Source: an uncultured bacterium (GTDB lineage: Bacteria; Patescibacteriota; Patescibacteriia; Magasanikbacterales; GWA2-37-8). Taken from it: 64,000 nt of DNA. The notes beneath the pieces were generated by a model that was given only the letters and a program-made list of their open reading frames with translations, had not been told where the DNA came from and searched no databases. A program made the position numbers and the translations under genes. Shown in pieces: positions 8,278 to 18,593 of this stretch (the first letter of the stretch is position 1; every line of letters starts with the position of its first letter). The stretch covers positions 70,680 through 134,679 of the forward strand of contig CALCZC010000028.1 of the NCBI GenBank assembly GCA_937903605.1, written 5' to 3'.

Positions 8278-9666
8278 TTACCAAGTGCCGTAACCGGCTA
8301 TAAATTCCGCTTCTTCATGAATAAAGTAACCTGTCAAAAGAATATTGTTTTTTGCCCAATAAGGTTTGCTAGGTCTAGTTTTATTTGTTAATTTTTTTAA
8401 TATTAATGGATCTTCAACAACAGGTCCGATTTGGTGATAAATTTTTCCATTATAATACACCCCAATATGAGTCACCGGGGGCATCCCTTTGGGACTTCTA
8501 AATACCGGGGTAGTTGGTTGAGCAACTCCACTTTTAATAGTAACTGGTTTGCTTGAAGCATCAGCGATGGTACAACCATTGTTTCCTGTACGAAAATTTT
8601 CCCAAAGGCCTATCCAATTACTTCCCATACTTGTCATAAATACTAAATCCCCATCTTTTATTCCATCCAAATCGCAAGGGTGAAATTTTCCACCAGATAC
8701 AAATTTAGACGCTACATCCCAAGCTCCGTTGGAATTGGTAACATCTGGGATAGATCCGCAAGCATCGGCTAAAGATTTTTTTACCCAACCAAGACATAGT
8801 CCTGCAGTAGTACCAAAAAGTTCATTTTTTTTTGCATATTCCGGATATTTATTTAATGAACAGCTGCTAATGTTAAAAGAAGAAGTAAAAGTATAACCTA
8901 CAGAGGGGTTTGTTTCAGGAGCCCCTTCAGTATCTATAGTTAACGGTTCAATTAAAGTAACCCCCAAACTTCTCAAATTAACCAATTGAGGATTTATCAT
9001 ATAAAGCAAAGAATAAGAACCCCAGGCCAAAATCAAACCGATAATGGATTGAGTTATCCTTTTATAAGCTTCTTTGCGATCTCCGCCAAGTCCGGAAAAA
9101 ATAATTTTTATTCCGGAAATAATTATCATCAAAACCGCTAAAATACTTATAGCGGTTAATCCAAAATTATAAATTGCTCGAATATATTCGCCCATCCAAG
9201 GAAAATAAGCACGACCACTATCATCTGACATTTCGGGTGGATCTGAAAATTTATCAAATCCAGGGATCCTTACCTGTAAGGTTGGAGCTTGAAGTTTAAA
9301 TTCGTCTTCAATTTTTGTTGTTAAAGGTACTTTATTACTGTCTTTACACTGGGCGTTTCCTAATCCTTTTTTTAAAGCTGTGGCTTGACAAGTTGCATTT
9401 ATTAATTCATCGGTAATTTTAGATCCTGAAAGATAGGTGACTTCAGCAGTGAAAGAAGTTTCAAAAGTATCAGTTGGATTTGCATCCGGGTTGTAATATT
9501 CCGATTCCTGATCCTGAATAACCTGTGTTATTTGATATGTGCACTTACATTGTACTGGTGCCTTCAAAGGAATTGGATCAAAATCAGAATCTATTCTTTG
9601 GGCAAACAATAGTTGTGCTTTAAATAAATAACAAACAATAAATAATATTAAAAATATTTTTTTCAT
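8278..9666 (-). CDS. Secreted protein with CPR-type two-helix pilin domain and C-terminal NlpC/P60-like domain
   Basis: Signal peptide; YIRAIYNF..ILAVLMIIISG...AYKRI..SIIGL.LA..SY.LL..INP.L pilin-like hairpin; C-terminal G.C..WV, GDLVF and HIGVY motifs. Confidence 0.65.
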   Translation of the reverse strand: MKKIFLILFIVCYLFKAQLLFAQRIDSDFDPIPLKAPVQCKCTYQITQVIQDQESEYYNPDANPTDTFETSFTAEVTYLSGSKITDELINATCQATALKKGLGNAQCKDSNKVPLTTKIEDEFKLQAPTLQVRIPGFDKFSDPPEMSDDSGRAYFPWMGEYIRAIYNFGLTAISILAVLMIIISGIKIIFSGLGGDRKEAYKRITQSIIGLILAWGSYSLLYMINPQLVNLRSLGVTLIEPLTIDTEGAPETNPSVGYTFTSSFNISSCSLNKYPEYAKKNELFGTTAGLCLGWVKKSLADACGSIPDVTNSNGAWDVASKFVSGGKFHPCDLDGIKDGDLVFMTSMGSNWIGLWENFRTGNNGCTIADASSKPVTIKSGVAQPTTPVFRSPKGMPPVTHIGVYYNGKIYHQIGPVVEDPLILKKLTNKTRPSKPYWAKNNILLTGYFIHEEAEFIAGYGTW

Positions 9667-9667
9667 A

Positions 9668-10315
9668 TTATTTTGACAAAACCCCGTTTAAAATATCTGC
9701 TATTTTTACATCCTCTGTTAGATTAAGTTTTTTATTATTTATAAAAATGTTTGGCACTTGAGATAAACCTAGATTTTTTAAACTGATTTGTTCTTTTTCA
9801 ATTGTGTTTTTATAAAATTCATTTTGTAAACAATCTTTGAACGTGGCTGAATTTAAGTTCAAAGTAGATATTATTTCATCAACAGTCGACTCATTAAACT
9901 TGTTAGGTTTGATGGCCAAATTTAAAAAATTCCAATATTGATTTTGGTCCTGAGCACACTGTAGTGCTAGCAAAGGAAAAATATTCTTGTGTCCCAGCCA
10001 ATTTTCTTGAGCGATACCTTTGACCAGAAGGCGAACCGTTCCGGGATTTTTTTCTATATAAGAAATGATTTCTGCATGTCTTTTTGCACAAGAAGGACAT
10101 TCTAGAGAAAAAAACTCTGTTACGGTTATTGGTGAACCTGGACTGCCAAACATCGGATCTTCTTCGGTTACCGGTAAATAAACAGACAGTTCTTCAACCA
10201 GTGGTTTTTCAACCGGTTTCACATTTATTTTACTGCTTTGTTTAATCACTGAAAAAGAAATAAAAACCATCAAGATTAGAATAAGCGTCCCAAGTAAAAA
10301 TATTTTTTTATTCAT
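9668..10315 (-). CDS. DsbA-family thioredoxin-fold protein
   Basis: TM anchor, G...SPITVTEF...CPSC active site, cis-Pro loop QVPNIFIN. Confidence 0.88.
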   Translation of the reverse strand: MNKKIFLLGTLILILMVFISFSVIKQSSKINVKPVEKPLVEELSVYLPVTEEDPMFGSPGSPITVTEFFSLECPSCAKRHAEIISYIEKNPGTVRLLVKGIAQENWLGHKNIFPLLALQCAQDQNQYWNFLNLAIKPNKFNESTVDEIISTLNLNSATFKDCLQNEFYKNTIEKEQISLKNLGLSQVPNIFINNKKLNLTEDVKIADILNGVLSK

Positions 10316-10352
10316 AAACGAAAATTATAAAAAGGTTGATGATCAAACAAAA

Positions 10353-11591
10353 CTATTGTTTAGCCTCAAATAACCCAGATTGATTATAGTCTGAAAAAAA
10401 TAGTTTATTTTCATTTTTATCAAAATAAATATTTTTTATAGAATAATCGCCATTTAAATTTATGACTGATTTAAAACCTGTAAATAAATCTATTTTATAA
10501 AGATCGTCAGGTGTGCCATCAGCGATTTTTGGTGATATGCCGGCGCCTTGCGGTAAGGATCGGGGAACTGCACAATAAAGTGTGTTGTCGTCAGCAAAAG
10601 TACATTTGTCAGCCCAAGTATTTAATTTCAATAACTCTCTTCCCGATCCTATATAATCTCCGGAAGAATTTACTACCCATAATTCCGGTTTATAATCACT
10701 TGCTGGACTATAAACATTATAAATTAATTTTTGTCCGGTCGGGGACCACTGTGAGTCAAATCCTAAGCCCTCAACAGTAATAGATTTGAAATTTTCACTA
10801 TTTTGTCCAACTAATAAAATTTCTTTTCGATAAGCTCCAAGATCGTTTGAACCCGTTTTACTAAAAGCGATTACTTGTCTATTTGGCGACCAAGAAACCG
10901 TAACCTTGTCGGCGTTTTCACCCATTGGTTCTATGAGACGAGTATCTGTGCCATCATCGTCAACGGTTAAAAGCCAACGATTTTCTGGGGAATACCCAAT
11001 ACTTTTGGCAGCGATTTTGTCATCATCGGGTGAAAAAGAAAATTCTTCCCAATGAGAAGGTACGGTGTACTGTTTGTCTTTTTCAAAATTATAAATAATC
11101 TTTGATTTATCAGGAAACTCAAGTACGGCTTTGTCGGAATTATTTGCCCAAGTAGTTTGAGAAACGCCATAAAAAACTTTTTCAGACAAACTTTCTGTTG
11201 TGCCGTCTTTTTTAACATGATAAAATTTTCCATCACTTTCATTATAAAAACGCATTTCTCCGTTGGTATTGTTGATAGAGGTGTAAGAAACTGGTCGGTC
11301 TACAATTTTATTTACCACTTCCGGCTGAGAAACACCGGCTCCGATGTCGGGCAATACTCCGGCAGTAGGTAGAGTAGTGGTTATTATTTGTCCTCCCGGA
11401 CCAGTAGTAGTAACAATTCTCTCTCCAGAAGGAGTAAAACCGGGAACCGTAATTCCAGGAATTTCTTCCGTTGGTGGTAAAGCCTCTTTTGGTAGTGTTT
11501 TTGAAAAGAGAAAATAAAGACCAAATCCCAAAAGGATAGTGACTAAAATCAAAACAATAATTAAAAGAATTTTTTTGGTAGCAACTGTCAT
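10353..11591 (-). CDS. Membrane-anchored TolB-like beta-propeller protein
   Basis: N-terminal TM, Pro/Thr-rich stalk, repeated FSPD/WSPN/WSPT blade motifs. Confidence 0.7.
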   Translation of the reverse strand: MTVATKKILLIIVLILVTILLGFGLYFLFSKTLPKEALPPTEEIPGITVPGFTPSGERIVTTTGPGGQIITTTLPTAGVLPDIGAGVSQPEVVNKIVDRPVSYTSINNTNGEMRFYNESDGKFYHVKKDGTTESLSEKVFYGVSQTTWANNSDKAVLEFPDKSKIIYNFEKDKQYTVPSHWEEFSFSPDDDKIAAKSIGYSPENRWLLTVDDDGTDTRLIEPMGENADKVTVSWSPNRQVIAFSKTGSNDLGAYRKEILLVGQNSENFKSITVEGLGFDSQWSPTGQKLIYNVYSPASDYKPELWVVNSSGDYIGSGRELLKLNTWADKCTFADDNTLYCAVPRSLPQGAGISPKIADGTPDDLYKIDLFTGFKSVINLNGDYSIKNIYFDKNENKLFFSDYNQSGLFEAKQ

Positions 11592-11619
11592 ATATTTATA
11601 TATTATATATTTATATATT

Positions 11620-12180
11620 TTATTTTTTTGTTATATCTATTTTTCCTGCTTGTTCCATAAAAGGTTTGATTTTTGGCCATATCATAGGAGTTGCAATCAG
11701 AGAAGCGCAAGGAGGTATTATAATAAATAAAATAGTGCCAACTATCGGTAATAAGTTTAAAAAAGCAAAAAGAAAACTCAGTAAAAACCAGACCGCTAAA
11801 AAACTAGCTACTTTTTCTCCGGTTATTTTTTTTAAAACATTAACTATAGTGGCTATCAATTTTATATACCAGCCTATACCTGGAATATTTGTAGCGGCTG
11901 CAGCGGCTAATTTAGCTGCTTCTTCTTCCTGAGTAGAGACTTTTCTTTCTTGTTTTTCTTGGTTAAAACGAGGAGAAAGCTCGTTTTGTTGCTCCGGCGA
12001 CAAATCCGAATTGGCTTGTTTTTCTTGATCTTCTTGCTGTTTTGTTTCTTTTTGCTGTTTTTGTTGTTTAAAAGCTTCTTCACTGGCATTGGCGGTTGAA
12101 GATGGTAAATCCGGCTGTTCGTATTCAAAAGGCTGTGGCGGTTGGTATGGTTTTTTGTTGTCGGGTAGATTGTCCGCCAT
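11620..12180 (-). CDS. Hypothetical membrane protein
   Basis: Q/E-rich N-terminus, hydrophobic C-terminal helices with IPGIG/LPIVG motifs; co-oriented with neighbours. Confidence 0.7.
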   Translation of the reverse strand: MADNLPDNKKPYQPPQPFEYEQPDLPSSTANASEEAFKQQKQQKETKQQEDQEKQANSDLSPEQQNELSPRFNQEKQERKVSTQEEEAAKLAAAAATNIPGIGWYIKLIATIVNVLKKITGEKVASFLAVWFLLSFLFAFLNLLPIVGTILFIIIPPCASLIATPMIWPKIKPFMEQAGKIDITKK

Positions 12181-12218
12181 ATCCTTTTATTTAAAATTTA
12201 AGATTTAAAATTCAAAAG

Positions 12219-14747
12219 TTAAATGACTATCAGTTTTTCTTTTTGTAATTTCAAACTGTAGTGCTTTTTAATTTTGCCTTTTAGTATAATCTCCGTCATT
12301 AATTCTTCCACTTGGTTTTCAATGAGAGTTTTTAGTTCGCGAGCGTTTTGATTTTGCGGTTTAAGTTGGTCTATCACCCAGGAGAGAGTTTTTTCCGGTG
12401 CTGTGATTTTAGTTTTATAATTCTTCAGTCTTTCGTTGAAAAGCTCTATTTCCAAGCGAGCTATCTTTTCCAAATGTTTTTTATCAAGTTGATTAAAAAG
12501 ACATATTTTATCCAAGCGATTGATAAACTCCGGAGAAAATCTTTCTTTTAGTTTTTCGGAAAGTTTATTTTGAGCGTCAAACCCTTTTTCTTTGGTATCA
12601 CCAAAACCGACCGCTCCTTTTTGTAGCTCGTCGGCAAACAGGGAAGTGGTCAATATTATTATAGCATGTTTTAGAGAAATTTTCTTCCCTGTAGAATCGG
12701 TGATAGATCCGTTTTCCAGCATCTGCAAAAGTAGCTTGGTAACGTCACGATGAGCTTTGTCTATTTCATCAAATAAAACAATACAATATGGATTCATCTT
12801 TATTCTATCGGTAAATTGGTTGGCTTCTTTATAACCCACATAACCGGCAGGGGAGCCTAACAATTTGGATACTCCGAAAGATTCGTTAAATTCACTCATA
12901 TCCAGTTTTATCAGAGCTTCGGATCCAGGATAAAGATTTTGTGCCAAAAGTTTGGCCAGTTCGGTTTTACCGGTTCCGGATACGCCGACAAATAAAAACG
13001 AGGCCAGTGGTTTTTGCGGGTCAGTCAAACCAAGTTGAGATTTTTCTATGGTTTTGACAATATTTTCTATGATATCATCTTGACCGACCAGTCTTTTTTT
13101 GAGATTTTCTTTGATTTTGGCAAAGCGATCTCTGTTGTCCAAAATCAATTCATTGGGTTGAGTGTTTATAATCTTGGCGATAGTTTGAAGAACATCCTTT
13201 TCCGTGACTGTGCCAAGATATTTTTCTTTTTGTTGAGTAATTTCTCTTTCTAAATTTTTTATTTCATGAGCTATTTTTATTTCATCTTCTTTCATAGTCA
13301 TGGCCAAACCAAAATCATTATCCAAGGCCGCCTTTTCTTTGTCAAAAGTTATTTTGTTTAATTTTTTACGCAATTGCCAAAGACGACTTTGTTTGGGGTC
13401 TGCGCCAAAACTCAGTCTTTTGGCCGAAGCTGTTTCGTCAATAAGGTCAATAGCTTTGTCAGGTAAAAATTTATCATTGATATAGCGATTGGCGAGATTA
13501 ACCGCGGAAACTATGGCTTTGTCGTTGATTTTTACTTGATGATATTTTTCATAATTTTTTTTCAGACCACTCAGAATTTTTACGGTTTCTTCCGGACTTG
13601 GTTCACGTACTATTATCGGTTGAAAACGGCGTTCCAACGCCGCATCACTCTCAATAAATTTTTTGAACTCCGCTCCGGTAGTACTACCGATACAACGGAT
13701 TTGTCCGCGCGCTAAAGCCGGTTTCAATATATTGGCCGCATCCATCGTTCCTTGCGAACTGCCGGCTCCGACAATATTGTGCAGCTCATCAATAAACAAA
13801 ATAATATTAGGATTTTGTAGAGTTTCTTCAATCACTTGTCGCAAACGTGATTCAAATTCTCCGCGATACATGGTGCCGGCGATGAGTAATCCCATATCAA
13901 GTGCATATATTTTTTTATATTTCATTATTTCCGGCACATCACCCTGTGTAATTTTTTTGGCCAAACCCTCAACAATCGCTGTTTTACCGACTCCCGGATC
14001 ACCAAGCAATATCGGATTATTTTTATTACGGCGACAGATTATCTGAACGAGACGATCAAGCTCTTTTTCTCGACCAATAACAGGGTCAATGTTTTTTTGT
14101 ATTTCTGGATTGGTTAATTCGGTCGCAAAAAAATCCAAGGCTGATTCTTGTTTTTGACCTATGGATTTTTTATTTTGTTTAGGCATGATTTCCGGAGGTA
14201 ATGGCATATCACTTTCAAAATTTTCTGAAATTTTATCCATGGTTTGGGATATCTCATCCATTTGCGGGAATTGCGAGGTGCCAACTAAAATATTTTTTAA
14301 TTGTGATTCTATGTCTGTGATAGAAATTTTACTTTGTTGCAGTATTTCCGAGATATCTCCGTCATTGGCTTGTAGTAGTGCGCTAAGTAAGTGTTCGGTA
14401 CCCAAAAAATTATGGTTATTTTCCGAAGCTATCAAAAAAGCTTTTTCCAAAATGGTTTTAGCAGACGGTGATAGCGGAGATAGTGATGCTTGGGCTGTTG
14501 TTTGAGAGGGGATTTGTCCGGGATTTTTACCATCTTCAGAAGGAATACTGAGAATTTTATTTTCCAGTAAATTTTCTTGTAGTTTGGCTTTATCCAATAT
14601 TTCATGAGCCAGTGAACCCTTTTCTTTAAACAGTGAAAACAAGAGATGAACAGGCCTAACCTCTTTTTGTTTGAGCTCTGTAGCCAGCTGGATGGCTTTT
14701 ACCAAAACATTTTTGAGATGATTGCTAAAACGTTCAGAAAGATGCAT
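12219..14747 (-). CDS. clpC: ATP-dependent Clp protease ATP-binding subunit, ClpC type
   Basis: Two Clp-N repeats, AAA1 GDPGVGKT/FIDELH, UVR-like coil, AAA2 GVSGTGKT/LFDEIDKAH, GSPAGYVGY. Confidence 0.93.
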   Translation of the reverse strand: MHLSERFSNHLKNVLVKAIQLATELKQKEVRPVHLLFSLFKEKGSLAHEILDKAKLQENLLENKILSIPSEDGKNPGQIPSQTTAQASLSPLSPSAKTILEKAFLIASENNHNFLGTEHLLSALLQANDGDISEILQQSKISITDIESQLKNILVGTSQFPQMDEISQTMDKISENFESDMPLPPEIMPKQNKKSIGQKQESALDFFATELTNPEIQKNIDPVIGREKELDRLVQIICRRNKNNPILLGDPGVGKTAIVEGLAKKITQGDVPEIMKYKKIYALDMGLLIAGTMYRGEFESRLRQVIEETLQNPNIILFIDELHNIVGAGSSQGTMDAANILKPALARGQIRCIGSTTGAEFKKFIESDAALERRFQPIIVREPSPEETVKILSGLKKNYEKYHQVKINDKAIVSAVNLANRYINDKFLPDKAIDLIDETASAKRLSFGADPKQSRLWQLRKKLNKITFDKEKAALDNDFGLAMTMKEDEIKIAHEIKNLEREITQQKEKYLGTVTEKDVLQTIAKIINTQPNELILDNRDRFAKIKENLKKRLVGQDDIIENIVKTIEKSQLGLTDPQKPLASFLFVGVSGTGKTELAKLLAQNLYPGSEALIKLDMSEFNESFGVSKLLGSPAGYVGYKEANQFTDRIKMNPYCIVLFDEIDKAHRDVTKLLLQMLENGSITDSTGKKISLKHAIIILTTSLFADELQKGAVGFGDTKEKGFDAQNKLSEKLKERFSPEFINRLDKICLFNQLDKKHLEKIARLEIELFNERLKNYKTKITAPEKTLSWVIDQLKPQNQNARELKTLIENQVEELMTEIILKGKIKKHYSLKLQKEKLIVI

Positions 14748-14754
14748 AGAGTAA

Positions 14755-14852
14755 GTTAATAATTGTTTTAAATGTTAATAATTGTTCTAGATGTTTTAAA
14801 AAACAAGTGAAGCGATAAAACAATTAGAACAAGCGCTTTAGCGCGATAAATC
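14755..14852 (+). repeat. Gene-less copy of the 9-mer array plus GCGCTTTAGCGC hairpin element
   Basis: GTTCTAGAT-like units followed by AACAAGCGCTTTAGCGCGATAAA, identical to the motif flanking the four-helix-bundle gene. Confidence 0.85.
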
Positions 14853-14853
14853 T

Positions 14854-15315
14854 TTAAGATACTTCTTCCACTTCATGCCTGAGCATGATGTTATAATCCA
14901 TAAATTCAAAATAGCCGTTGAATTTTTTACCGGCAAAAAGCAAAGGCAGCCAATATTTGTCATCAGCCCACATTTTGTCATAAGGTACTTCACTTTTATT
15001 AAACCAATGGGGGCGCATTTCCTCGGTTTCGCTCGGGATGCCGTCAAAATCAGTAACGGAAAAAACCGAAACCTCCATTTCTTCACTTGCGCCATCTTGA
15101 AATTTGAAATTCAGTTTACCGATCAATTCCATTTTGGTCGGAGTTATACTGGCTTCCTCTTGTGTTTCACGAATAGCCGCTTGTTCTATAGTTTCACCCT
15201 GCTGCACTTTACCGCCAAAACCGTTCCAACGATCAGCGCCAAATCCTCTTTTTTTCATACCTAAAAGCACCCTACCTTCATCATGAACGATACAGAGAGT
15301 TAATATTTTTTGCAT
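14854..15315 (-). CDS. NUDIX hydrolase, 8-oxo-dGTPase (MTH1/NUDT1-like)
   Basis: LLGMKKRGFG..RWNGFGGKV..GET...AA.RE.QEE Nudix box; ETEEMRP.WF, MWADD.YW. Confidence 0.92.
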   Translation of the reverse strand: MQKILTLCIVHDEGRVLLGMKKRGFGADRWNGFGGKVQQGETIEQAAIRETQEEASITPTKMELIGKLNFKFQDGASEEMEVSVFSVTDFDGIPSETEEMRPHWFNKSEVPYDKMWADDKYWLPLLFAGKKFNGYFEFMDYNIMLRHEVEEVS

Positions 15316-15401
15316 AATATCAAAAATAAGAAATTTGCTTAATTCTTGGGGTTATTATATAATTTTTTTAGATAAAAAACAAGTTTTAAATATCAATTTT
15401 T

Positions 15402-16757
15402 ATGTCAATTTATAAAGCTTACGATATTCGCGGTATTTACCCGGATGAATTAAACGAAGAGTTAGCCAAAAAAATCGCTCAAGCTTTTGCTGTGATGCGT
15501 AAAAAAGAGCTCAACAAAGAGCAAATTACTCTTGTGGTTGGTGCTGATATGAGATTGTCTTCTCCGAGTTTGAAAAAACAAGTGATTGAAGGATTGTTTG
15601 AAAGCGGGGTTAGAGTGATTGATATTGATTTGGTTTCCACTCCGACCTTTTATTTTGCCGTTTCTTATTTTGGTTATGACGGCGGGTTGATGGTATCTGC
15701 TTCTCACAATCCAGCCCAATACAATGGGATAAAACTAGTACGTGAAGGCGCCAAACCTTTTGGTCAAGGCAATGGTATGGAAGAACTACAAAAAATAGTT
15801 GAACAGAACGAGTTTGTTATTTCAGAAAACAAGGGTAACATAATTTCAAAAGAAGAAATGCTTTTTACTCAAACCAAAGAAGAAGAAAAATTTGCGGATT
15901 TGAAAAAAATTAAATCCATGAAAATCGTAGCTGATGCAGCCAATGCCATGGGGGCGCAATATTTGTCAGAGTTATTTGCCGACCTGCCGCAAATAGAACT
16001 TATCAAAATGAATTTTGACTTAGACGGCACATTTCCCTCTCACGAAGCCGATCCGTTCAAAGATGAAAATATAGCGGATTTGAAAAAATGCGTTTTGCAA
16101 GAAAAAGCGGATTTGGGAATTGCGACCGATGGTGATGGGGATAGAATATTTTTTATTGATAATAAAGGCGAATTGGTAGAACCCTCTATAATCCGAGGAA
16201 TTATGGCGGAATTATTTTTGCGTGATAATCCGGGGAGTACAATTTGTTATGATATTCGTCCGGGTAAGATTACTCGCGATATGATAGAGCAAAACGGCGG
16301 TGTGCCAAGCGTCACCAGAGTTGGGCATTCGCTTATCAAAAAACAAATGCTTGAAACTGGCGCGGTTTTCGGCGGAGAATCATCCGGACATTTCTTTGTT
16401 AAATTTCCTTATGGCGTTTTTGAAGCCCCGATGGTTGTCACTTTGAAGCTTTTGCAAGAGCTTTCGGAAAAAAATATTTCACTTGCCGATTATACCGAGC
16501 CTCTTAAAAAATACTTTCACTCCGGAGAAATAAATTTCAAAGTTGCGGACAAAAATGTGGTGATGCAAAAACTCAAAGAAAAATTTGCGGACGCCGAGAT
16601 TTCTGATTTGGACGGGTTAACTTTTGAATATCCTGATTTTTGGTTTAATGTCCGGGCCAGTAACACGGAATCACTTTTACGGTTAAATTTGGAAGGTATA
16701 GATAATAAAATTGTTGAAGAAAAAACTGCTAAAATTAGCGAAATTATTAGTAAATAA
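15402..16757 (+). CDS. manB: Phosphomannomutase/phosphoglucomutase
   Basis: KAYDIRG, SASHNP phosphoserine loop, DGDGDR metal loop, GGESSGH, RASNTE. Confidence 0.93.
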   Translation: MSIYKAYDIRGIYPDELNEELAKKIAQAFAVMRKKELNKEQITLVVGADMRLSSPSLKKQVIEGLFESGVRVIDIDLVSTPTFYFAVSYFGYDGGLMVSASHNPAQYNGIKLVREGAKPFGQGNGMEELQKIVEQNEFVISENKGNIISKEEMLFTQTKEEEKFADLKKIKSMKIVADAANAMGAQYLSELFADLPQIELIKMNFDLDGTFPSHEADPFKDENIADLKKCVLQEKADLGIATDGDGDRIFFIDNKGELVEPSIIRGIMAELFLRDNPGSTICYDIRPGKITRDMIEQNGGVPSVTRVGHSLIKKQMLETGAVFGGESSGHFFVKFPYGVFEAPMVVTLKLLQELSEKNISLADYTEPLKKYFHSGEINFKVADKNVVMQKLKEKFADAEISDLDGLTFEYPDFWFNVRASNTESLLRLNLEGIDNKIVEEKTAKISEIISK

Positions 16758-16947
16758 TAACAAAAATACATAAAAAGACCTTGCTTACCTAAAGTAAGGT
16801 TTTTTATTATTGACTTTTTCGTTAATCTATGTTATTTTTGACCGGATTAGTACCTTGATAATTAAACAAAGAAAAAATATTACGATTACGGTTAAAAAGA
16901 AATTGTAAATAAGTCCGATTACTTAATTTTTTGTGGAGGTTATTACC

Positions 16948-17514
16948 ATGAATTCCTATGTTAAAGATCCAAAAGTAGATGCTATTGCTGAGAAAATATT
17001 GGCAGCGTTTCCTAAAAGAAAACTGTCAAGAATACTCGGTTTGACCAGACCGTTGTGGCACAGGGCGGTGTTTGATGACACCGCGGAAGAGATTGTGCTT
17101 TTGAACGAAGAAATTTTGAAAGCAAGAACTAGAAGATCTACCGCCAACAAGTTTTATCATGTCGGTAAGGCGGAAACTTGCAACGATCTTTGCCGGATTT
17201 TGCTTGATGGCAAGGTATTTTTCAAGGAGGAAATGTTGGATTTTTTGAATAGACCGTTCGTCGGTTTGGAATTCACCAAAAGTACTTTTGAAAAATGCAG
17301 TTGGGGAATTTTTATCACCACTTCGGAAATTCTCACGGCATGCAGGAAGTCAGATCGTGATCATGAGAAATTTGCGTTTTTTGCTCCGATAAAAAGGTAC
17401 GAGGCGATTTTGCTTCCTACTCCTCTGGTTCAAGTTGTAGCCGGGGAATTTCCTCAGTACAAAAATTTACTCAAAGGGTACCGTAAATTCGCCGAAGAAC
17501 TGTCCAAACTTTGA
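16948..17514 (+). CDS. Hypothetical orphan protein
   Basis: GGAGG 16935-16939 then ATG 16948; candidate promoter TTGACT-17-TATTTT at 16810-16838; terminator 17530-17558. Confidence 0.7.
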   Translation: MNSYVKDPKVDAIAEKILAAFPKRKLSRILGLTRPLWHRAVFDDTAEEIVLLNEEILKARTRRSTANKFYHVGKAETCNDLCRILLDGKVFFKEEMLDFLNRPFVGLEFTKSTFEKCSWGIFITTSEILTACRKSDRDHEKFAFFAPIKRYEAILLPTPLVQVVAGEFPQYKNLLKGYRKFAEELSKL

Positions 17515-17580
17515 TCGTAATTTTTTCTCAAGGAAAGGTTAATCACCTTTCCTTTTTTATTGAGTTTAAGATTAAAGGGA

Positions 17581-17609
17581 TTGACATTTTATTGGAAATG
17601 TACTATACT
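17581..17609 (+). promoter_or_regulatory. Sigma-70 promoter
   Basis: TTGACA-17 bp-TATACT directly upstream of a GGAGG and a short ORF. Confidence 0.75.
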
Positions 17610-17641
17610 GGTGCAAGTCCTTTTTATTTTTGGAGGTGTCT

Positions 17642-17782
17642 ATGAAAAGAAAACGGTTTGAAGCTATCTTGGGATTTTGTCTGGGTTTTCTGTTTCAGGT
17701 CATTTTTATTTACGCAATGAAATTCGGCAAATTCACGGAAAGATGGGAGAGGAAAATCCCGTCTTTTAGGACCGTAAGATAA
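17642..17782 (+). CDS. 46 aa single-TM small protein (below the ORF track cutoff)
   Basis: MKRKRFEAILGFCLGFLFQVIFIYAMKFGKFTERWERKIPSFRTVR; has its own promoter, GGAGG and terminator (17789-17817). Confidence 0.65.
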   Translation: MKRKRFEAILGFCLGFLFQVIFIYAMKFGKFTERWERKIPSFRTVR

Positions 17783-17826
17783 TTATTTACCAAGGCTAAC
17801 AAAGCCTTGGTTTTTTTATGGAGTAA

Positions 17827-17891
17827 ACCCCGTGAAATGGCGCTTCGCGCCAATTTTTACCTTGAGGTAAAAATTATTTTACAGGGGTAAA
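17827..17891. repeat. Branched-hairpin mini-element, copy 1
   Basis: Outer stem CCCCGTGAAAT/ATTTTACAGGGG enclosing TGGCGC-TTC-GCGCCA and AATTTTTACC..GGTAAAAATT hairpins; related copy at 52848-52904. Confidence 0.75.
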
Positions 17892-17960
17892 TATTGACAT
17901 ATTTCTTATTTTATGCTTAAATAATCTATTCGTTCCCTAACATTTTAAAAGGAGGGTTAG

Positions 17961-18476
17961 ATGAAGAAAATCGACCAGGCTCTTTGTACCGCTCTAAAAA
18001 GTCGACATTACCATGAAGCGAAAGATCTTCTCAAAAAAGGCGCCGACGCCAATGCTGTTTTCGAAGATAAGCACCATAGTCTGGAGGACTATTTTGCTCA
18101 TGGCAATGTCGTAAAGATGCTTGAACTTCTCTGCGACTATGATCTGGACATCAACCGCAAAGACCATTACGACCATACCTTGCTGGAAACGGCTATTTAT
18201 CTTTGCGATAAAAAGATGTTCCAGTTTTTGCTCAAGACCGGCAAACAAAACCTGAAGATCAAAACTTCGTTTGGCACCAGCTATCTTTGCCTGGCGCTCA
18301 AGGCGCGGCAGAAATATGCTTGTGACAAATGTTTTGTGGTAGGGTTGCTCGAAGCCGGGGCTGATTGGAGACAGGACAAATGTTTCGCCATAGATGAGGT
18401 GGAAGCGGTGGAATACGGAGATAATTTCTCCAGACTCGCTTCGTTCCTTATAAAAAAAGCGGTTTTTTTCAAATAG
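17961..18476 (+). CDS. Ankyrin-repeat protein
   Basis: LLKKGADANA, DINRKD...HTLLETA, GTSYLCLA, LLEAGAD motifs; GGAGG RBS, own promoter (17894-17922) and terminator (18483-18507). Confidence 0.8.
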   Translation: MKKIDQALCTALKSRHYHEAKDLLKKGADANAVFEDKHHSLEDYFAHGNVVKMLELLCDYDLDINRKDHYDHTLLETAIYLCDKKMFQFLLKTGKQNLKIKTSFGTSYLCLALKARQKYACDKCFVVGLLEAGADWRQDKCFAIDEVEAVEYGDNFSRLASFLIKKAVFFK

Positions 18477-18593
18477 TTTCACAAGGCCCTGACAAAGGGC
18501 CTTTTTTCTTACTCTAGTGAACCTTGACTCTTGTTTCATTTTATGCTTAAATTAACTGTTAGTTCTTATAAATAACAAACAGGAGATTTGCCC

